DNA from: Anaerohalosphaeraceae bacterium
GTDB lineage: Bacteria; Planctomycetota; Phycisphaerae; Sedimentisphaerales; Anaerohalosphaeraceae
Assembly (NCBI GenBank): GCA_963675525.2
Contig: CAXXSL010000013.1
Coordinates: forward strand, 480,001-544,000
Reading direction: 5' to 3'
DNA length: 64,000 nt
Positions 58,636-64,000 of the stretch are shown here, one piece after another. Every line of letters starts with the position of its first letter. Within the stretch, counting starts at the first letter, position 1. The translations under genes were made by a program, and so were the position numbers. The notes under the pieces were generated by a model. The model was given only the letters and a program-made list of their open reading frames with translations, was not told the DNA's origin and did not search any database.

Positions 58636-58742
58636 CCTTTCTGTTTTATACTTGCGGTTCCTTTTTTTCTGTGTCGATTTATTCCGAGTGGAGCGAGGAA
58701 TTTATAGAAACGCTCTGCTGATTGCCTAAATCCGATTAGATG

Positions 58743-60284
58743 CTATTTATTGCCACATGTTATACCGTTCCAGTCATCCGTTCTAAAGGGTGATGCAGGC
58801 AGGTTTGCCTTGTTGTACAGACAGCTTTCCGGGTCGGTATCCCAGGCATAGCGAACCGCCGCAGGCTCTTTAACGTTTTCACTAAAAACAACCACCGTCG
58901 CGCCCTCAATCCGTGCATCCGCCCAAACAAACATTTTGTCGGCGGCGGCAATCGCAAAGCCTTTGGCCGCTCCGTCTTTAAACATCAAGCCATCTTCGGC
59001 ATAGTTAAAAATGATTCTTATTTTATCACCCTCGATCTTATAGCCGGCATAGAGCGGGCCGGAATAATCAATCTCTTTACCGTAATCGTTGGCCAGCGCC
59101 CAGAATGCCAGACGCTCGCCGACATCTTTCTTATTGCCGGGGTGAATATTATTGGTTTCACCGATATCGATCGTAACGGCCATGCCCGTGTGTTCCATTG
59201 AGTTGGTCATCAACTGAGCCTCTCTCAGTTCGGCCCAACCGTGTTCTCGAGGCTGGCCGCGATATGGCTCCAGCGCCTCGCCCGGCTGATGGTTTGTAAA
59301 GGCGGCAAGCTGGACAAAATAGAACGGCATGTCGAAATGGTTAAAATCACATCGCCAATTCTTGATCATCGTCGGGAAAAGATCCCGGTATAAATAACTC
59401 GCTCCGGCATTGGACTCGCCCTGATACCAAATAGCGCCTTTGATGGTCATATTCGTAATGGGGGCAATCATTCCGTTATAAAGCGAACCGGGTTTATCCT
59501 GCGGAAAAAATCCCCACGTTCTTTCAGGCTTCGGTTTTTGTTCCTTTTCGGCAACAGCACAGGCCTCCTGCCATGCTTTAACCTTCGCATCATAAACGCC
59601 TATCACGGGACTTAAATTATCATCATGCTTAATGAAATCAACCCGCGTCCACGCCTGCGCACTCGTTCCGCCCCATGAACTATTGATCAGTCCAACCGGG
59701 CAGCCGGTTTCACGATGGATTTTCCGGCCAAAATAATACCCAACCGCACTGAAATCAGCCGCCGTTTCCGGTGAACATTCAACCCAACTGCCGACAACAT
59801 CCTCTGCGGGGGCATCGGCGGCGACCAATTGAACCGTAAATAAGCGAATGGATGAATTGGTCGATTGCTTAATGTCTTCGGCGCTGCCGTCAACCTGCTG
59901 ATTACCCCACCCCTTCATCGGCATCTGCATATTGGACTGACCGGAACAAAGCCAGACCTCACCGATGAGGATGTTTTTCAGTTCGATACTGTTGCTCCCC
60001 TTTATGGTTAGCCCGTAAGGTCCGCCCGCCGTGGGGGTGTTGACAAAAGCACTCCATTTTCCACTTTCATCTGCGGTCACTTCCGGCCCGGCGGGCCCCG
60101 CTTCACGGTTCCAGCCCGGCTCAATAACGATTTTCTCGCCGGGCCCGGCCCAACCCCAGAGCTTGACATCGGCATCCTGCTGCAGCACCATATTGTCGCC
60201 AATAATCGCCGGCAGTTTGACATCCGCCAATAACAATCCGGCAACAGATAAAAAAATAAGGTTTATGATGGAATGATGTTTCAT
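58743..60284 (-). CDS. Sialate O-acetylesterase (SASA domain) family esterase
   Basis: DNMVLQQ, GEVWLCSGQSNM, FSAVGYYFG, WGGT, WYQGESN, IHPGNK and PASPFRTD. Confidence 0.9.
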   Translation of the reverse strand: MKHHSIINLIFLSVAGLLLADVKLPAIIGDNMVLQQDADVKLWGWAGPGEKIVIEPGWNREAGPAGPEVTADESGKWSAFVNTPTAGGPYGLTIKGSNSIELKNILIGEVWLCSGQSNMQMPMKGWGNQQVDGSAEDIKQSTNSSIRLFTVQLVAADAPAEDVVGSWVECSPETAADFSAVGYYFGRKIHRETGCPVGLINSSWGGTSAQAWTRVDFIKHDDNLSPVIGVYDAKVKAWQEACAVAEKEQKPKPERTWGFFPQDKPGSLYNGMIAPITNMTIKGAIWYQGESNAGASYLYRDLFPTMIKNWRCDFNHFDMPFYFVQLAAFTNHQPGEALEPYRGQPREHGWAELREAQLMTNSMEHTGMAVTIDIGETNNIHPGNKKDVGERLAFWALANDYGKEIDYSGPLYAGYKIEGDKIRIIFNYAEDGLMFKDGAAKGFAIAAADKMFVWADARIEGATVVVFSENVKEPAAVRYAWDTDPESCLYNKANLPASPFRTDDWNGITCGNK

Positions 60285-60328
60285 CAGATATCCTCTCTTA
60301 GAAAATAATTTCAACTGTATTACACCGG

Positions 60329-61324
60329 CTATTCCGCCTTGAGTTCGCGGGTCATTAGTTCGGTGATGGCTTCGGGAACGGTTTTTTCGCCGTTGATAAT
60401 GCTGTAAATCGCCTCAGTAATGGGCATTTCGACGCCGTGCTGTTTGGCCAGTTTCACAACGCCGGCGCATGTCGGCACGCCCTCGACGACACATTGCGTT
60501 GAATCGATCGCCGATTTAACGCTCATCCCTTTGCCGATATGTTCCCCGAATGAACGGTTGCGCCCTTTCGGCGATACGCAGGTTGTAAATAAATCACCTA
60601 ATCCACTAAGTCCGGAGAATGTTTTTTCACTGGCCCCCAGCGCCACTCCCAGACGCTGGATTTCCGCCAGTCCGCGTGTGATCAGCGCCGCCTTGGCATT
60701 GTCGCCTGCGCCGATGCCGTCAATAATGCCCGCGGCAATCGCGATCACATTCTTCATCGCCCCGGCCAGTTCCACGCCGACACAGTCGTCATTGGTATAC
60801 ACCCGAAACCGCAGCGTATTGAACGCCTGCTGAATTTGCTGAGCCAGCGCCGCATCCGCGCACGCCACCGTCGCCGTTGCGGGCAGCCCGCGCACCAGTT
60901 CATCGGCAATGTTCGGCCCCGAAAGCACCGCCAGTGGATTGGCATCATTCAATAACTCCGAAAGAATCTGCGTCGGCCGTAGCAGCGTCCCGTTCTCGAT
61001 GCCCTTGGTAATGCTGACGATCGCCCGCTCCCGCGGCACATGCGGTTTCAATCGTGTCCATACCCCCCGCACAAACTGGCACGGCACCGCCGAAACGATC
61101 ATCTCCGCATCGGCCAGCGCCGCAGCGTCATCGGCCTCGTATTTCAGCACCTCCGGCAGCGAGTGCCCGGGGAGGAAAAACACATTCTCTTTTGCTTTGG
61201 CAATCGCCGCAAGCTGGGCTCCGTCATGTCCCCACAGTGTCGTGGCGATACCGTTTTCGCACAGCAGCATCGCACACACACATCCCATGCCCCCATCGCC
61301 AATAATCGTCGCTTTTTGAATCAT
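60329..61324 (-). CDS. gpsA: NAD(P)H-dependent glycerol-3-phosphate dehydrogenase
   Basis: IGDGGMG, TKGIE, LSGPNIA, GAMKNVIAIAAG, GDNAKAAL, GLGDL and GRNR. Confidence 0.93.
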   Translation of the reverse strand: MIQKATIIGDGGMGCVCAMLLCENGIATTLWGHDGAQLAAIAKAKENVFFLPGHSLPEVLKYEADDAAALADAEMIVSAVPCQFVRGVWTRLKPHVPRERAIVSITKGIENGTLLRPTQILSELLNDANPLAVLSGPNIADELVRGLPATATVACADAALAQQIQQAFNTLRFRVYTNDDCVGVELAGAMKNVIAIAAGIIDGIGAGDNAKAALITRGLAEIQRLGVALGASEKTFSGLSGLGDLFTTCVSPKGRNRSFGEHIGKGMSVKSAIDSTQCVVEGVPTCAGVVKLAKQHGVEMPITEAIYSIINGEKTVPEAITELMTRELKAE

Positions 61325-61518
61325 AGAAGAATTAAACCCGCATATCGGCCCAATTTCAAGATTTTTTGCCGCGCCGGTCATTTTATTTCTCCGAAATCGC
61401 CCAACAAACCCTTTGCTCTGACCAACTTTTCAGTATAAAATGACTGAAAGTCATCCTCCAGTGAGGCTCAAGGCGACTTGTTAACTAAAAACTAAGAACT
61501 AAGAACTCTCAACTAATT

Positions 61519-62598
61519 ATGAAGCCACTTTATATCGGTGCCACATTACGCGATTGCGGCAAAACATCGGTCAGCGTCGGCCTGATGCAGGTCCTGCACG
61601 ACCGGGGACTGAATCCCGGCTACTGCAAGCCGGTCGGACAGCACTACGTGCGCTATCAGGACAAAAACATCGACGAAGACGGCGTGCTGATGCACCAGGT
61701 GTTTAACCTGACGGACGAGCCGTATTTTTTAAGTCCCATTGCCATCGAACGCGACTTTACCCGCAAGTTCATCAACAACCCGGACGTCAAGCCGCTGGAA
61801 AAAGAGATACTCCGCTGCCATGAGGAACTGCGTAAGGCCCATCCGATGGTCATTATCGAAGGGACCGGTCATGCCGGGGTCGGAAGTTGCTTCGGCCTGT
61901 CCAACGCCCGCGTGGCACAATTGATGGGCGCCAGGGTGGTCATCGTTACCTCCGGCGGGATCGGAAGACCCCTCGACGAAATTGCGCTGAGCCTGGCTCT
62001 GTTCAAAGATTTTGATGTCGAAGTACTGGGTGTGATCATCAACAAGGTTCTGAAGGAAAAATATGACAAGATCAAGGATACCGTCGGCAAGGGACTGAAA
62101 CTCATGGGCTCCCGGCTGATCGGAGCCATCCCCTACGACCGAAGCCTGACGACCTTCACGGTCGGCCAGTTGGCAGAGGAATTTAACTACCAGGTGCTCT
62201 GCGGACACGATGCCCTTTCCAATGTCATCGAGGACACCGTGATCGCCGCGATGGAACCGCAGCACGTCCTCCAGCACATCCATACCAATACCCTGATCAT
62301 CACCCCCGGCGACCGCATCGATAACATCCTGATCTCGCTGCTGGTACTGTCCAAGGATACATCCAACGGCGGGCTGATCCTGACCGGCGGTTTTGAGCCG
62401 CACCCGATGATCGAACCCCTGCTGAAAAACAGCCGAATCCCGATCCTCTTCAGCCAGGAGGATACGTTCAAGGTCAGTGCCCGCATGAAGGATCTGGGCT
62501 TTAAGATTCGTTCTTATGACACCGCCAAGGTCGAACGCCTGCACGATCTCGTGGCCGAATATGTCGATGTCGATTTCATCCTCGACAGCCTGAAATAA
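61519..62598 (+). CDS. Phosphotransacetylase N-terminal-like protein (BioD-like AAA_26 plus DRTGG domain)
   Basis: DCGKTSVS, KPVGQ, IEGTGHAGVGS, SNARVA and ITPGDR; no Pta catalytic domain. Confidence 0.85.
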   Translation: MKPLYIGATLRDCGKTSVSVGLMQVLHDRGLNPGYCKPVGQHYVRYQDKNIDEDGVLMHQVFNLTDEPYFLSPIAIERDFTRKFINNPDVKPLEKEILRCHEELRKAHPMVIIEGTGHAGVGSCFGLSNARVAQLMGARVVIVTSGGIGRPLDEIALSLALFKDFDVEVLGVIINKVLKEKYDKIKDTVGKGLKLMGSRLIGAIPYDRSLTTFTVGQLAEEFNYQVLCGHDALSNVIEDTVIAAMEPQHVLQHIHTNTLIITPGDRIDNILISLLVLSKDTSNGGLILTGGFEPHPMIEPLLKNSRIPILFSQEDTFKVSARMKDLGFKIRSYDTAKVERLHDLVAEYVDVDFILDSLK

Positions 62599-62605
62599 CA
62601 GGTAT

Positions 62606-64000
62606 TTATTTTTCAGGCTCGGGACGGTCGATCAGTACACTGATCTCACTGGCATTGGTAAATTCATTCCCGTTGGCCTCGGACACTGCGACAAGCTTGA
62701 AGTACCGCGCAGACACCGGTTTTTCAAATTCAACCGTCTGCAGATTGCCGCCTCGCCTTCTCCTGTAACGGAAAGCGCCGGAGGCTGCTTTCTCCCATGC
62801 CTGCCCATCCTGACTAACATAAAACTCGTATTCGCCGATATTACCGTTCTGCTGTCCGTCCTGACGCGGCAAATAAGTAAAGCCCTTCAGCGGCATCGTC
62901 TTTTTCATGTCCACCTGGATAAAGTGGGGCTGATCGTGAGTGTCGTAATCTATCCAGCGTGTGTGCCAGAACGTATCATAATAGCCGTCAATGGCGTATA
63001 TTCCAAATTGTCCGGGCTCTTCGCAATTGACGGTGGCGGTCCAGTCACTGCGGTCCAATTCAGGGCGTTGATATATCATCATGGCCACGGCCGGGATGAA
63101 TCCATCTCTGTGTGTCCTGGCGTAGATTTTTCCGTCATGGTCAATTTTACTGCCTGCCGTGTACGATTTAAAAAACTCCGGCGTATCGTACGCCACATCC
63201 AATTGTGCCTTCGGATCGCTGCAGAAGAGATTGAGCCTGCTGAGTACCCGTGATTCAAATTTCGGCGGATCGGTCAGATAAAAACGCTTGCGAACCGATG
63301 CATCGACCGCTCCGTCATATGGCTGAATGCGATAACGGAAATTGTAATGGCCGGGTCTCAATCGGTACTGCGGCAGTGTCGCCGGACCGCAGCTGGCGCC
63401 GCCAAGACCGGTCAGGCCCGCATCCAGACTGACGATCACTTTGCCGTCCGGGATCAGGTCGCAGGGATATCTCTTCGAGGCCAGTTCCTTTTGGGTGAAT
63501 TCCAATGCCCCAAAATCCATCCGGTCCGAAGCCACGAACAGCACGCCCTTGCCGGACTGATCGCTCAGGGCTGCCCATCGTACATCCGAGCGGTTGCCGC
63601 AGAACTGCGGCTTCTGGTAAAATTCGTACATCTGCTTAACCGTCGTCTGATACAGGCCGAATCGAGTCGCAGCCTTGCGGTCCACATAGCTTTCAAACGG
63701 CCCGCACCCCAAATATTTGACTTCCGTCAAATCAGCTGCGACCTTCATATCAAATCCCACACGCGGCAGCACACTCGGTCCCGCCGCCAGATCGATGCTG
63801 TTGTCACTGACGATTACGCCGTTGCCATCGACACACCATCGTGACAAGAGTGTATATTCAACGCTTCCGGAAGTGAACTTTGTTTGCGCCGTCACGATGC
63901 AGACATTGTCGATCATTTGCACATCATAGTCGGTCACTTCCTGAACAAAGGCATCCAGACCTCTCCAGCGGAATTTATCATTGTCGCCGGGGGCACGGTA
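62606..64000 (-). CDS. GH2 beta-galactosidase C-terminal part (small-chain domain) plus F5/8 type C (discoidin/CBM32) domain; 5' end outside the window
   Basis: LPRVG, GCGPFESYVDR, PQFCGNRSDVRW, GLGGASCG; AIDG..TFWHT, YLPRQDG and ARYFKL. Confidence 0.88.
   Translation of the reverse strand, partial: YRAPGDNDKFRWRGLDAFVQEVTDYDVQMIDNVCIVTAQTKFTSGSVEYTLLSRWCVDGNGVIVSDNSIDLAAGPSVLPRVGFDMKVAADLTEVKYLGCGPFESYVDRKAATRFGLYQTTVKQMYEFYQKPQFCGNRSDVRWAALSDQSGKGVLFVASDRMDFGALEFTQKELASKRYPCDLIPDGKVIVSLDAGLTGLGGASCGPATLPQYRLRPGHYNFRYRIQPYDGAVDASVRKRFYLTDPPKFESRVLSRLNLFCSDPKAQLDVAYDTPEFFKSYTAGSKIDHDGKIYARTHRDGFIPAVAMMIYQRPELDRSDWTATVNCEEPGQFGIYAIDGYYDTFWHTRWIDYDTHDQPHFIQVDMKKTMPLKGFTYLPRQDGQQNGNIGEYEFYVSQDGQAWEKAASGAFRYRRRRGGNLQTVEFEKPVSARYFKLVAVSEANGNEFTNASEISVLIDRPEPEK

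Overview
This 64 kb window is chromosomal. It most likely comes from a planctomycete of the Phycisphaerae/Sedimentisphaerales type, inferred from the XylR-type regulator, long SecA, PEP-CTERM protein, prepilin-type genes, many CAZymes and the repeat style. The housekeeping backbone is araB (partial), a XylR-like regulator, tRNA-Val and tRNA-Ala, carboxyspermidine dehydrogenase, greA, dsbD, rsgA, addAB, efp, secA, murA, yhaM, hflX and gpsA. CAZymes include GH130, GH115, SASA and SGNH esterases and a partial GH2. An AT-richer glycosylation island (about 29.7-38.7 kb) lies between efp and secA. The most unusual signal is architectural. (1) A stand-alone IS200-like Y1/HUH transposase is flanked by inverted three-hairpin REP-like elements, with about 10 structurally conserved copies across the window. 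(2) Accessory genes repeatedly sit between a resident gene and a diverged orphan copy of that gene's own 3' or 5' end (three clear cases, one weak). In two cases the accessory gene's stop codon is the first TAG of the REP. This suggests a gene-accretion mechanism using terminal homology, possibly REP-assisted. (3) Several short palindromic or tandem repeat families have entered AddA and AddB in frame. Six frameshifts in five conserved genes are probably long-read indel errors.
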